DNA of 64,000 nt from an uncultured Mycoplasmatota bacterium (GTDB taxonomy: Bacteria > Bacillota_I > Bacilli_A > RF39 > UBA660): assembly GCA_900543675.1 (NCBI GenBank), contig UQRY01000001.1, positions 2,002-66,001 of the forward strand, given 5' to 3'. The notes under the pieces are model-generated. The model made no database searches. It saw only the letters and a list, made by a program, of their open reading frames with translations, and had not been told where the DNA came from. This document shows positions 54,718 through 64,000 of the stretch, one piece after another. Position 1 is the first letter of the stretch. Each line of letters opens with the position of its first letter. Both the position numbers and the translations under genes were made by a program.

Positions 54718-55217
54718 AATATATACACCTCTTCTTTACTACCCATCAATTCACTAGTTATAGCTTCTTCCTTATCCATGAATTGAATGATTACAAATAC
54801 GACAATCAAAAGGAAAAATAAAAGAGAAAGTCCGATAATAATCGGTTTTAAATTCCAATTTTTTTTACTTTTAATCCGCGTATAAGGAGAGGCAATCTTA
54901 TCTTTTTCCTCTTCTTGTGGAGCCTTAGCTACCCTTGCTTCGATAATATCTGTAAGTGAAATTTTAGAAGTATGTTCAAACATAAAATCATTGAACTCTT
55001 CCATTACTTGTTCAATTTCAACACCCAAATATTTTGCATAATCTCTCACCAATTCTCGCAAGGTAAAGACATCTTTAAAAGCCCTAACGTTGCCTTCTTC
55101 TATATTTTCCAGTTGTAATACAGACAGATTTAAATCCTCACTAGCTTCTTCTAGACTGACCCCATTATGAATCCTAGAATTCTTAAGAAACTCACCTATC
55201 TCCTTCACTGAATACAC
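54714..55217 (-). CDS. RodZ/YmfM-like membrane protein with N-terminal XRE HTH
   Basis: HTH (KNSRIHNGVSLEEASEDLNLSVLQLENIEEGN) plus single TM (IIIGLSLLFFLLIVVFVII); 4-nt overlap with pgsA as in the Bacillus ymfM-pgsA arrangement; shorter than RodZ (167 aa). Confidence 0.55.
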   Translation of the reverse strand: MYSVKEIGEFLKNSRIHNGVSLEEASEDLNLSVLQLENIEEGNVRAFKDVFTLRELVRDYAKYLGVEIEQVMEEFNDFMFEHTSKISLTDIIEARVAKAPQEEEKDKIASPYTRIKSKKNWNLKPIIIGLSLLFFLLIVVFVIIQFMDKEEAITSELMGSKEEVYIL

Positions 55218-55227
55218 CTCAATCTAT

Positions 55228-55594
55228 TAATAATAATACTTTATAAGCCATGTTCTGTACCTATTACTAGGTGGCAAACATTTATCTACTGATTTCTCAG
55301 TCCTCGATTTAGTTTTTATTCCCTCCTCGAAGCTCCCCTACCATTATTTGGGTTTCTCACTCGTGGGGTTTACCGCGTTTCACTCTTTTATTTCTAAAAG
55401 AAATCGTCACTGTGGCACTTTACAACTACTATATTCTTATCTTACGACTTAGAATACCTCGTCGCCGTTAGTTTAATAAAACTACCCAAGGTTATTTTTT
55501 CCCTTGGCACGAACACGAAAAGCATTACAGCTTTTGTGAGCATGGACTTTCCTCTATTTCTTTTAAGAAACAGCGTTTGCCCAAGTATTATTAT
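55228..55594 (-). ncRNA. rnpB: RNase P RNA (rnpB), bacterial type B
   Basis: Minus-strand sequence has GAGGAAAGTCCATGCTCAC...GTGTTCGTGCC...AAGTGCCACAGTGACGA...AACGCGGTAAACCCC...GAGAAACCCAAA..GGTAGGGGA...ACAGAACATGGCTTA, matching B. subtilis rnpB blocks. P1 forms from ATAATAATACTT (5') and AAGTATTATTAT (3'). Abuts the gpsB stop, as in B. subtilis. Ends approximate. Confidence 0.75.
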
Positions 55595-55968
55595 GCATCT
55601 TCTTCTTCGCTAGATTCGTCCTCTTGTGTTTCATCAAGTACAGAAGAATTTCCTTTTCCATACACGATCTTTTCCAAGTTAGAAACTCTCCTGATAATAT
55701 CGACATTCGTAATTTCTTTATCTTCAGATTTTGCGATATCGATACTCATCTTCACATTACGAAGTTCTTGCTTCAAATTCATGATTTCACGCATTAACTC
55801 TTCTTTTTCTTTTTCAAGAGCCTTAATGATTTCAAAGAACTGTTCATAATCCCCAATAATCACATCTAAAAAGGCATCTACTTCTTTTAATCGATAGCCT
55901 CTAGTGTCAATTTTAAACTCTTTTTCTAAGATATCTTGGGGTGTTAATGAGATTTTACTTTGTACCAT
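55591..55968 (-). CDS. gpsB: Cell cycle protein GpsB (DivIVA-domain)
   Basis: MVQSKISLTPQDILEKEFKIDTRGYRLKEVDAFLDVIIGDYEQF is the DivIVA/GpsB N-domain; coiled-coil; acidic C-terminus. Coordinates follow the ORF track. Confidence 0.7.
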   Translation of the reverse strand: MVQSKISLTPQDILEKEFKIDTRGYRLKEVDAFLDVIIGDYEQFFEIIKALEKEKEELMREIMNLKQELRNVKMSIDIAKSEDKEITNVDIIRRVSNLEKIVYGKGNSSVLDETQEDESSEEEDA

Positions 55969-56009
55969 ACACTTATCACCCAATCCCTTACGTTTCTATT
56001 ATCACAGAT

Positions 56010-56735
56010 TTAAGGTAAAAAGTCAATGCAAAACCTTGCCATATGAGCAATAAAGCTATCCGCATAAAGCTTCGCAAATTCAAGTTCAGAAGGCTTAGTA
56101 ATTGTCCAAACAAAAATAGGAATTTGTCTTTTTCTGAGTTTGGAAATAAAAGTTGACGTTAAGCCTTCAAAATCAACAGAAACAAAATCGACATTGAGTA
56201 ATTGATCAACAATAAAAACAGAATGGACAATTGGATAATAAAAAACACTCTGTAATTTCCGGTTACTACTAACCAATAACCCAGTCGGATAATTTGTTTT
56301 TTTCTTCCACCACCAAACAACGCGAATATCAAAAGACTGAATCATCACTTCACCTGAATAGTTTTTTAATAAATCATAAACTTTTCGAGATAATAACGCA
56401 AAATTTCTCCCTCTTTTAATCTCAATTAATAAAAGTACTTTTCCTTTTACCAAATCGAGGACTTCCTTTAGAGTAGGAATCTTTGCTGGAGAAGAAGATA
56501 ATTTAAGTTTTCGTAACTCTTGAAAAGTAGTTTTTTCTACTTCTAAAGAAACTCCCGTCATAGAAAGAGTATTTTTATCATGAAAAACAACAACCTCTTC
56601 ATCCAATGACAATTGAACATCCAACTCAATCGGAATAGAGTTCTCTACACACTGATAAAAAGCAGGCAAACTATTTTCAGGATGAGTTTTATCCCAACAA
56701 CCCCTATGCGCAATGATCAAATTCTGGTAATTCAT
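56010..56735 (-). CDS. Glycerophosphodiester phosphodiesterase family protein
   Basis: GDPD motifs HRG (IIAHRGCW), ENSLPAF, ELDVQLSLDEEVVVFHD. Confidence 0.7.
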   Translation of the reverse strand: MNYQNLIIAHRGCWDKTHPENSLPAFYQCVENSIPIELDVQLSLDEEVVVFHDKNTLSMTGVSLEVEKTTFQELRKLKLSSSPAKIPTLKEVLDLVKGKVLLLIEIKRGRNFALLSRKVYDLLKNYSGEVMIQSFDIRVVWWWKKKTNYPTGLLVSSNRKLQSVFYYPIVHSVFIVDQLLNVDFVSVDFEGLTSTFISKLRKRQIPIFVWTITKPSELEFAKLYADSFIAHMARFCIDFLP

Positions 56736-57004
56736 GTTCTACTTCCTCATCTATACAACTATTCTTATACTTTCTAGTATAAGTGACTAACTTAATATAG
56801 TTCATTTTCTCTTCCATACGAGACAACACCTCTATCACATCTAAATAATTCATATAATCACCAATTATACTGTACTACACTTTTTTAAAAGAAGAAATAA
56901 ATTCGACAAAACTTCTAAAAATTTGCAGGTAAACAAAAGAGTTTTTTTGCGATAAATATGGTAAATTTTTCTTATCTATAGTATAATAAACCATAGGTGA
57001 AAAA

Positions 57005-57586
57005 ATGAAGGTCCAAAACGAATTACAATTACTTTTAAATAATAAAAACATCCAATATGGAAATCGTGGTACCAGCCTAGAAAACGATATCAATTTATCT
57101 AATAAATATTATATAGATCAAAAACAAGCTTATATCTACAAGAAACCAACTCCCATAAAGATCAGCAAAGTAGATTACCCAAGTAAACACAATCGAGTAA
57201 GCAAAGTCGTCATCAGGGAAGCCTACTTCGAATCTCCCTCAACGACAGACTATAATGGGATATATAAAGGAAAATATATCGATTTTGAAGCCAAAGAAAC
57301 GCAAAATAAAAACGTATTTCCTTTAGAAAATATTCATAAACATCAAATTGAACACTTGAGAAACATTACATCTTGTGGAGGTATCGGTTTTCTAATCGTT
57401 AGATTCACCGCACATCAAAAAAACTTTCTTTTACTCGCTAAAGACCTATTTTCTTATCTAGAAACATCAAGTCAAAAATCAATTCCTCTTAGCTATTTCG
57501 AAGAAAAGGGTTACTTAATAGAAGAAAGTTATCTACCAAGATTACCTTATTTAAAAATCATAGATAAAATTATGGAGGTGTCATAA
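57005..57586 (+). CDS. recU: Holliday junction resolvase RecU
   Basis: NRGTSLENDINLSNKYYIDQKQAYIYKKPTP...STTDYNGIYKGKYIDFEAKETQNKNVFPL near-identical in pattern to B. subtilis RecU; followed by ponA as in Bacillus. Confidence 0.8.
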   Translation: MKVQNELQLLLNNKNIQYGNRGTSLENDINLSNKYYIDQKQAYIYKKPTPIKISKVDYPSKHNRVSKVVIREAYFESPSTTDYNGIYKGKYIDFEAKETQNKNVFPLENIHKHQIEHLRNITSCGGIGFLIVRFTAHQKNFLLLAKDLFSYLETSSQKSIPLSYFEEKGYLIEESYLPRLPYLKIIDKIMEVS

Positions 57587-60490
57587 ATGGCAAAAGCAAA
57601 AAACAACAAAAAAGAGACAAAAACAAGTAAAAAAACAACTACCACGGTTAGTAAAACAGAAAATAGAAATTTTATGCTTATTGTATTAGGCGTTGTCCTC
57701 GCCTTATTAATTGTCAGTTATTTTATTATGGGACTAACATTAACCATTGTATTAGGTGTAGGAATTTTAATCATTTTAGGAGTAGCTAGAATTCTAGATA
57801 AAATTAAAAACAAACCTAAGCAAAGAAAAATATTTAATATTATCTTAATTATTTTCTTAACGATAGCCCTATTATGTTGTGGATTAGTTATTGCTTTCTT
57901 TGCTTATATCGTATACGAAGCTCCAGAGTTTAATATTGAGGAATTAAATAAACGAGAAGCAAGTATCGTCTACGACAAAGATGGAATAGAATACGCAAGA
58001 ATTGGTTCGGAATTAAGAGAAAACGTTACCTACGATGATTTACCAGAAGTTTTCATCGATGCCTTAATCGCAACAGAAGATTCAAGATTCTTCCAGCATA
58101 ATGGATTCGATGCTCCACGTTTTGTAAAAGCTAGTGTTCAACAATTATTAGGTAACAAGAATGCCGGTGGTGCTTCTACTCTATCGATGCAAGTAGTAAA
58201 AAATACCTATACTGATGCTACTTTAGACTCAGGAATAAAAGGAATTATTCGTAAATTTACGGATATCTACTTAGCGGTATTTAAACTAGAAAAAGATTTC
58301 ACTAAAGAAGAAATTATCGAATTCTATGTAAATAATCATGAATTAGGAAGTAACTCTTTCGGTGTAGAACAAGCATCCCAAACCTACTTTGGAAAAAGTG
58401 TCAGTGATTTAAATCTATCCGAAGCATCCCTTCTAGTAGGAATATTCAATGCACCTACTGCTTATAGTCCAATCTACCATCCAGATAAAGCTTATGAACG
58501 TAGAAAAACCGTTTTATCGCTAATGGTGAGACATGGATATATTACTCAAGCAGAAGCGGATGCAGCTAACGCAATACCAGTCACTTCATTATTAAAGGAA
58601 CAAGATAAACAAGGAGCAGCATATGCAAGCTATATTGATACAGTAATCGAAGAATTACAAGAAGTACATGGGATTAACCCATACACAACACCAGTAGAAA
58701 TTTACACCAATATGGATAGTGAAAAACAAAGAGCAATCGATGATATTTTCAATGGTGTTACTTATAAATGGAAAGATGACAAAGTACAAAGTGGTGTTGC
58801 CGTTATCGATGTTGACACCGGAAAGATAGTTGCTGTCGGTGGTGGACGTTTTAAATCAAGTCCACAAACAACCATGAACTATGCCACGCAAGCAAAAAAA
58901 CAAATCGGATCAACCGCAAAACCAATATTCGACTATGGTCCAGCCATTGAATATAATAATTGGTCTACTTACACTCAACTTGAAGATGCCCCATACACTT
59001 ATTCAGATGGAACATCAATCAACAACTCTGACCGTAAATATATGGGATGGATCAGTCTTAGAACTGCTCTTGCAGAATCTAGAAATATTCCAGCACTAAA
59101 AGCATTCCAATCCGTAGATAATCAAAAAATTATTGAATTTGCTAGAAACTTAGGAATCGAACCAGATGTACAAAATGGTAAAATCTATGAAGCTCACTCA
59201 CTTGGTGCTTTTGATGGTACTACACCAATGATGATGGCTGCTGCTTACGCTGCCTTCGCAAACGGTGGTACTTATTATCAACCATTAAGCGTTAACAAAG
59301 TTGTTTACCGTGATAATGGTGATGTTGTTAACTTCCAAAGTGAATCTCGTCGTGCAATGAGCGACTCTACTGCATTTATGATTACCGATGTGTTAGTCAC
59401 TTCAGCAGAAACTGGGTTAAGTAGCGGTGCTAAAGTAAAAGGTGTCAATATGGCAGCCAAGACTGGTACATCAAGCTATACCGATGAAGAAAAAGAAAGA
59501 TACGGTTTCCCAGCCGATGCTGTTAAAGATGCATGGGTAGTCGGATATGATCCAGAATATGCCATTTCCCTATGGTATGGTTATGAAGATGCTAAACAAG
59601 GATATAATACCAATATTCAAGCAGTAAATGGTAGAAGTAGTTTATTTAAAGCAATTGGTAATGCCGTATTCAATAAAAATGGACAAAACTTTGAAGTACC
59701 AGATAGTGTAGTAAAAGTCGCTATCGAAAAAGGAAGTAGTAATCCAGGAGCCCTTGCTAGTAGTAATACGCCAGCTGATCAAATCACTTACGAATACTAT
59801 AAGAAAGGTACTGAACCTACTGAAACTTCTTCTAAATACAATAGATTAGATACACCTACTGGATTAAAAGTCACTTACTCTGAAAGTAAACAACAAATTT
59901 CTATCACTTGGAACAAACAAACCACACCTACTGGAAACGATAGTTACGGTCCATTCGGATATAACGTTTACTATGGAAATGTTCTTTTAGGATTTACCAC
60001 GGAAAATAGTTATACTATCGATGCCAATACCAATATTTCAGGAACTTATCGAGTAGTTGCTACTTTCCAAAATTATAGTGCTAATCAAAGTGAAGCTGCC
60101 GTATATGAATTCGAATATAAACCATCCGGTGGTGGAAACACAGGTGATAACGAAGGAGACAATAACGGAGAGGAGGAAGGATCAGATACTGTTGATGAAA
60201 GTAAAATTATTATTTCAATCAACGGAACCAATCCTCAAACAATAAGTGCTACTTCAATCTATACTGATGTCAGCAATCCAGTTACTATTCGTGAAAACGG
60301 TGACGTAATTTCTACTAGTCAATATACAGTAAAATCAACTTATAAAGACCCATCAGGAAAAGTAATTACAAGTATTAGTGGTAGTATAGAAAACCCATTA
60401 GCTAGTGGAACTTACACAATCACCTATACCATCACTTATAAAGGAAAAACATTAAAGAAAACCGCAACTAGACAAGTTATTGTTCCATAA
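57587..60490 (+). CDS. ponA: Penicillin-binding protein 1A/1B (bifunctional glycosyltransferase/transpeptidase) with C-terminal FN3/Ig-like extension
   Basis: GT51 motifs EDSRFFQHNGFD and GASTLSMQ; transpeptidase SxxK (GSTAKP), SxN and KTGT (AAKTGTSS) motifs; 967 aa; RBS GGAGGTG. Confidence 0.85.
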   Translation: MAKAKNNKKETKTSKKTTTTVSKTENRNFMLIVLGVVLALLIVSYFIMGLTLTIVLGVGILIILGVARILDKIKNKPKQRKIFNIILIIFLTIALLCCGLVIAFFAYIVYEAPEFNIEELNKREASIVYDKDGIEYARIGSELRENVTYDDLPEVFIDALIATEDSRFFQHNGFDAPRFVKASVQQLLGNKNAGGASTLSMQVVKNTYTDATLDSGIKGIIRKFTDIYLAVFKLEKDFTKEEIIEFYVNNHELGSNSFGVEQASQTYFGKSVSDLNLSEASLLVGIFNAPTAYSPIYHPDKAYERRKTVLSLMVRHGYITQAEADAANAIPVTSLLKEQDKQGAAYASYIDTVIEELQEVHGINPYTTPVEIYTNMDSEKQRAIDDIFNGVTYKWKDDKVQSGVAVIDVDTGKIVAVGGGRFKSSPQTTMNYATQAKKQIGSTAKPIFDYGPAIEYNNWSTYTQLEDAPYTYSDGTSINNSDRKYMGWISLRTALAESRNIPALKAFQSVDNQKIIEFARNLGIEPDVQNGKIYEAHSLGAFDGTTPMMMAAAYAAFANGGTYYQPLSVNKVVYRDNGDVVNFQSESRRAMSDSTAFMITDVLVTSAETGLSSGAKVKGVNMAAKTGTSSYTDEEKERYGFPADAVKDAWVVGYDPEYAISLWYGYEDAKQGYNTNIQAVNGRSSLFKAIGNAVFNKNGQNFEVPDSVVKVAIEKGSSNPGALASSNTPADQITYEYYKKGTEPTETSSKYNRLDTPTGLKVTYSESKQQISITWNKQTTPTGNDSYGPFGYNVYYGNVLLGFTTENSYTIDANTNISGTYRVVATFQNYSANQSEAAVYEFEYKPSGGGNTGDNEGDNNGEEEGSDTVDESKIIISINGTNPQTISATSIYTDVSNPVTIRENGDVISTSQYTVKSTYKDPSGKVITSISGSIENPLASGTYTITYTITYKGKTLKKTATRQVIVP

Positions 60491-60499
60491 AATAATTAT

Positions 60500-60527
60500 C
60501 CACTAGCTAAGCTAGTGGTTTTTCTTT
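60500..60527 (+). terminator. Rho-independent terminator of ponA
   Basis: CCACTAGC-TAA-GCTAGTGG perfect 8-bp stem followed by TTTTTCTTT, 10 nt after the ponA stop. Confidence 0.6.
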
Positions 60528-60529
60528 GG

Positions 60530-61222
60530 CGCCTATAAGGCTCGTTCTCTGGCGTCGCTTTAAAGCGATACTACGATCCGCCACTTGCATAACCTATTTC
60601 TTGCTACCCGTAAACGGGTCTATTTGATCTATTGTTAATTGTTCTGCTATTTCGTCTTCTTTCAATTGATTCTCTATATATCTCTGTATTGCAATGGCAT
60701 TTTTTCCTGCCGTATCTACATAATAGCCTCGACACCAAAATTCTCGATTCCTGTACTTATATTTCATATTTCCCCATCGTTCATATATCATTATACTGCT
60801 TTTCCCTTTCAAGAATCCCATAAAAGAAGAGACACTCATCTTTGGTGGAATTTCTACAAACATATGCACATGATCTATACATACTTCTGCTGTTATTATA
60901 TTTACACCTTTCCACCTACATAACTCTCTCAATATCTTTCCTATTTCCAAACGATTATTTCCATAAAATACTTTTCTTCTATATTTAGGTGCAAAAACAA
61001 TATGATATTTACAATTCCACGATGTATGTGATAAACTATTTATGTCATTTTTCATAAATTGACCTCCTTCTGCTTTTTATTTGCAATGGCGAATCGCAAA
61101 TTTATTATAGCAGAAGGAGTTTTTTTATCAAAGACTCATCGCTAAAGCTCCATTGAACCACCAGACTATCTGGTGGTTTTCTTTATACAATTAACCTCTG
61201 CATTAAGCAGAGGTTTTTAATT
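60530..61222 (-). mobile_element. IS200/IS605-family insertion sequence (IS200-like, ~0.7 kb) filling the ponA-zupT intergenic region
   Basis: Complete tnpA plus subterminal hairpins: TCGCTTTAAAGCGA and ACCCGTAAACGGGT on the right side; CCACCAGACTATCTGGTGG and CCTCTGCATTAAGCAGAGG on the left. Element size matches IS200 (~700 bp). Exact ends not determinable by eye. Confidence 0.55.
60594..61055 (-). CDS. tnpA: IS200/IS605 family transposase TnpA (HUH Y1 transposase)
   Basis: 153 aa, near-colinear with Salmonella IS200 TnpA: HTSWNCKYHIVFAPKYRR..., HUH motif IDHVHMFVEIPPKMSVS, catalytic Tyr region NREFWCRGYYVDTAG, C-terminal ...QLTIDQIDPFTGSKK. Confidence 0.85.
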   Translation of the reverse strand: MKNDINSLSHTSWNCKYHIVFAPKYRRKVFYGNNRLEIGKILRELCRWKGVNIITAEVCIDHVHMFVEIPPKMSVSSFMGFLKGKSSIMIYERWGNMKYKYRNREFWCRGYYVDTAGKNAIAIQRYIENQLKEDEIAEQLTIDQIDPFTGSKK

Positions 61223-61223
61223 T

Positions 61224-61979
61224 CTAGAAAAAGAAAAAATGAGAAATCAACATAAATAAACATCCAGCGAAAAAAGAAAAATAAGTTAATCTCCTTTTAT
61301 GATAAGATAACGATTCCGGCAACAACTCACAACCAGCAATATACATCATCAATCCACCTATAAAAGCATATAAAACACCCATCATCACATCACTAACCAA
61401 GTAAGAGAACAAAAGAAAGGCCAAAATCGCTCCTATCGGTTCAGAGATAGCGGAAATAAAAGTATATTTTAATGCCCTTTTGCGACTACCAGTACTATAA
61501 TAAATCGGAATAGAGATACTGATTCCCTCCGGAATATTATGTAGGGCGATCGCTATTGCCAAATGAATTCCTAGCTTAATATCTTGATTAGACGCAATAT
61601 AAGTAATCATCCCTTCAGGAATATTATGTAATACAATAGCTAAACATGAAAAAAGCCCTACTCGATACAAATGATAATTTCCTTGATTAGAACTACTCAT
61701 ATCTAAAGTTGGTAAATAATGATTTAACCCTAATGAAAATAAGGCTCCAAGTCCAAAAAACAACAATAAAATTAATAAAGCTGGCAAAACATAATAAGAA
61801 GTGGTTAAAAAAGAAAAAGAAGTTGGCAATAAGTCCACAATCGAAATCATCATCATCACCCCACTCGCAAAGCCAAGAGAAGAGATTAATACTTGCTTAG
61901 AATATTGACGTTTAAAAATTAAAAAAGTACCCACCAAAGTCGAAAAACCAGCCATACAAGTAATCAAAAAAGGATTCAT
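61224..61979 (-). CDS. zupT: ZIP-family zinc transporter ZupT
   Basis: 251 aa, 8 TM; duplicated HNIPEG metal-binding motifs (LHNIPEGMITY, LHNIPEGISIS). Confidence 0.8.
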   Translation of the reverse strand: MNPFLITCMAGFSTLVGTFLIFKRQYSKQVLISSLGFASGVMMMISIVDLLPTSFSFLTTSYYVLPALLILLLFFGLGALFSLGLNHYLPTLDMSSSNQGNYHLYRVGLFSCLAIVLHNIPEGMITYIASNQDIKLGIHLAIAIALHNIPEGISISIPIYYSTGSRKRALKYTFISAISEPIGAILAFLLFSYLVSDVMMGVLYAFIGGLMMYIAGCELLPESLSYHKRRLTYFSFFAGCLFMLISHFFFF

Positions 61980-62035
61980 ACACTATTCCCCCTATAAGAT
62001 CATTACTAGTATATGAATCCTTTTTTCTTTATAGA

Positions 62036-62680
62036 TTATTTTTTATTTAACTTTTGTACATAACTACATGCTTCCTTCATCTTACACTGATCACATTCTG
62101 GCTTCATTGCCTTACAATGATATCTTCCAAATAAAACCATCTGATGATGGCGCCTAGCCCAATTCCTTTTCGCATATAGTTTCTGTAACTTTACCTCAAC
62201 CTTTCGTACATCATCACTCTCTTTACAAAATCCTAATCGCTTACTTACTCGTTCAACATGTGTATCAACCGCAATAGCTGGATAATCGTAAAGATTAGAT
62301 AGTACCACATTCGTTGTCTTTCTTCCAACACCAGGCATCTTCTGTAAAGAAACTGGATCATTAGGGACATGACCATTATACTCTTCTAACAATACTTCCG
62401 CAATTTTTTGAACAAATATTGCCTTTTTATGAAAAGTACCGATAGGTCTCAAGATTTCTGCTACTTCTTCTAAATCCGCAGTAGCCAGAGCTTCTAATGA
62501 AGGATAGCGTTCAAATAATACACGAGTAACCTGATTAACTCGTTTATCTGTCGTTTGCGCACTCAACACAACCGCAATCAACAACTCATAATCTTTACTG
62601 TACTCTAACTCACAACGAGGATTAGGAAAAAGTTCCTCTAAATATTCCTCAAATAATTTAACTCTGTTCGCTTTCTTCAT
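62036..62680 (-). CDS. nth: Endonuclease III (DNA glycosylase/AP lyase, HhH-GPD, 4Fe-4S)
   Basis: LFPNPRCELEY start region; HhH-GPD lysine (TDTHVERV... region); C-terminal [4Fe-4S] ligands C-x6-C-x2-C-x5-C (CKAMKPECDQCKMKEAC). Confidence 0.85.
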   Translation of the reverse strand: MKKANRVKLFEEYLEELFPNPRCELEYSKDYELLIAVVLSAQTTDKRVNQVTRVLFERYPSLEALATADLEEVAEILRPIGTFHKKAIFVQKIAEVLLEEYNGHVPNDPVSLQKMPGVGRKTTNVVLSNLYDYPAIAVDTHVERVSKRLGFCKESDDVRKVEVKLQKLYAKRNWARRHHQMVLFGRYHCKAMKPECDQCKMKEACSYVQKLNKK

Positions 62681-63335
62681 CGTCAAACCAGTCATAATCA
62701 AACAACTCCAACTTCTTACTTTCCTTCTTTTCCTCTATAAAACGCGATTTAGCCTTTTCAACATCATCACTTGTCTTATATCCTTTTCTCGTCCAATCAT
62801 ATAAAATTTTATCCATATAACGAAGATTAGTTACTCCATTAAATACGGTTTCCTTTAATGCTGCCAATACCAGATCTTCACTAACCCCATTCTCTAACCA
62901 CGATTTAATAATTTCATACTCAATCGAAGTAAGAGGACGAGCAAATCCTTCTTCTATTTTCTCATAAATCGATTTAGTAACAACTGGATCTTCTTCATTA
63001 ATTTCATCAATCAAAAGCTTTGAAATCTTCTCATAAAAGCGTGTCAAAACAATATACTCTTCTCGAATTCCTTTTTCATTTTTAACAACATCGAGACTAA
63101 CCAATCCCTTTTCACTAAGATCATCACTAAACGTCATCACATCTTCTAAAGATAAATTTAAATCCGCTCCTAATTTTTCAGGATTAAATACAATTCTCTC
63201 CCCTAAATTCATCAAATAAACCAAAAACATAAACTCCTCTAAAGATAGAGAAAACTTATCCCGCAACTGAAACAAGTAAAGAGGAACAACAAAATTTCCC
63301 TTTTTCAACAATTCTAATAATCGACTAGACTTCAT
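62658..63335 (-). CDS. dnaD: DnaD-domain replication initiation / membrane attachment protein
   Basis: 225 aa; DnaD/DnaB C-terminal domain signature ...TNLRYMDKILYDWTRKGYKTSDDVEKA; position immediately upstream of nth matches the Bacillus dnaD-nth synteny. Confidence 0.65.
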   Translation of the reverse strand: MKSSRLLELLKKGNFVVPLYLFQLRDKFSLSLEEFMFLVYLMNLGERIVFNPEKLGADLNLSLEDVMTFSDDLSEKGLVSLDVVKNEKGIREEYIVLTRFYEKISKLLIDEINEEDPVVTKSIYEKIEEGFARPLTSIEYEIIKSWLENGVSEDLVLAALKETVFNGVTNLRYMDKILYDWTRKGYKTSDDVEKAKSRFIEEKKESKKLELFDYDWFDDEESEQS

Positions 63336-63391
63336 TTCTTCCTCCTCCTTTTCGCATCTATTATATAATTAATTTTAGAAAAAGTACACAA

Positions 63392-64000
63392 TCACTGTGT
63401 ACTACGATAATTTTCAGCAATATAATCTAAAAGAACCTGATGATCATTGGGTAAATCCAGATCTATAATCTTGTTTTCTAAATCATCAATAATTTCTCGA
63501 ATATATTTACCCGGCTTACGATCTAAAACTTGCGCAATTTCTAAGCCATCAACAGCAATCTCACTACGACTTTTAATCGGTAAAGTACTATACTGGTAAC
63601 TGACATCTTTTTTAGAAATTCCTTTGATCGTCGCAGCCAGACTATTTACATATAATCCATATTGATAAAGAACTCGATGATTTAAATTATTCAGCTTTAA
63701 AACCGTCTGAATATTCTTAATTAAAGACTTTTCATTATTCGTAAAAGGGTAAAGACCAACTACGTCCAATTGTGCCCAAACACCAACTAAATCATCAAGT
63801 AAAACGACATCTTTTAACTTAGGTAATTCTAATTCCTGATCCAAACCTAAATCAAGTAATAAATGAATACCATAATCCGCATACACACTAGAAAAGATCT
63901 TATCTAATTCTTCTTTTTTTCGCTCATAAGAGATATCTTTCAATAAATGCTTAGTTCTAAGTATAGCTAGCTTAACATCTTCACTCAACTGAAAATTCAG
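63392..64000 (-). CDS. cca: CCA-adding tRNA nucleotidyltransferase, C-terminal part (gene continues beyond window end)
   Basis: The ORF is open to the window edge; the C-terminal ...EIAVDGLEIAQVLDRKPGKYIREIIDDLENKIIDLDLPNDHQVLLDYI resembles the Bacillus Cca C-terminus; synteny cca-(…)-dnaD-nth. Confidence 0.55.
   Translation of the reverse strand: MNFQLSEDVKLAILRTKHLLKDISYERKKEELDKIFSSVYADYGIHLLLDLGLDQELELPKLKDVVLLDDLVGVWAQLDVVGLYPFTNNEKSLIKNIQTVLKLNNLNHRVLYQYGLYVNSLAATIKGISKKDVSYQYSTLPIKSRSEIAVDGLEIAQVLDRKPGKYIREIIDDLENKIIDLDLPNDHQVLLDYIAENYRSTQ

Noticed and set aside
56875-57093. 72-aa minus-strand ORF overlapping the recU 5' end
   Set aside because: It overlaps the well-supported recU start and promoter region, has no RBS and an implausible composition.

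Overview
This is a low-GC (~30%) Firmicutes chromosomal window. The gene order, SpoVA/CotF/YjcZ sporulation genes and DUF285 'Mycoplasma-type' repeats suggest a spore-forming Erysipelotrichaceae-like organism; that is an inference. Conserved Bacillus-like core blocks are scpA-scpB, tRNA-Ser, spoIIAA-sigF-spoVAC-spoVAD-spoVAEb, sufS-sufU, prsA, rnjA, rny, recA, pgsA, a rodZ-like gene, rnpB-gpsB, recU-ponA, zupT, nth-dnaD and cca. Between them sit accessory regions. The main one is a ~21.5 kb co-directional, tightly packed 11-gene operon (14664-36118, minus strand). In it a divergent F-type ATPase-like gene set (c-like, b-like, alpha, gamma, beta, epsilon-like) is nested between genes for two giant membrane-anchored surface proteins (1742 aa and 2924 aa) and three smaller membrane proteins. 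No a-subunit or delta is recognisable, and the c-like subunit lacks the conserved ion-binding carboxylate. This resembles the F1-like ATPase clusters of Mollicutes that power or accompany giant surface-protein machineries. Other accessory features: two paralogous TasA/camelysin-like N-domain proteins fused to DUF285 repeats or an SGNH hydrolase; an ABC-2 exporter whose ATPase gene is frameshifted; a tandem YhcG-like PD-(D/E)XK nuclease duplication in which the second copy carries an in-frame TAA inside a small palindrome; a full IS200 element between ponA and zupT; two tandem YjcZ-like micro-ORFs; and RNase P RNA. Coordinates I derived by hand may be off by a few nucleotides.
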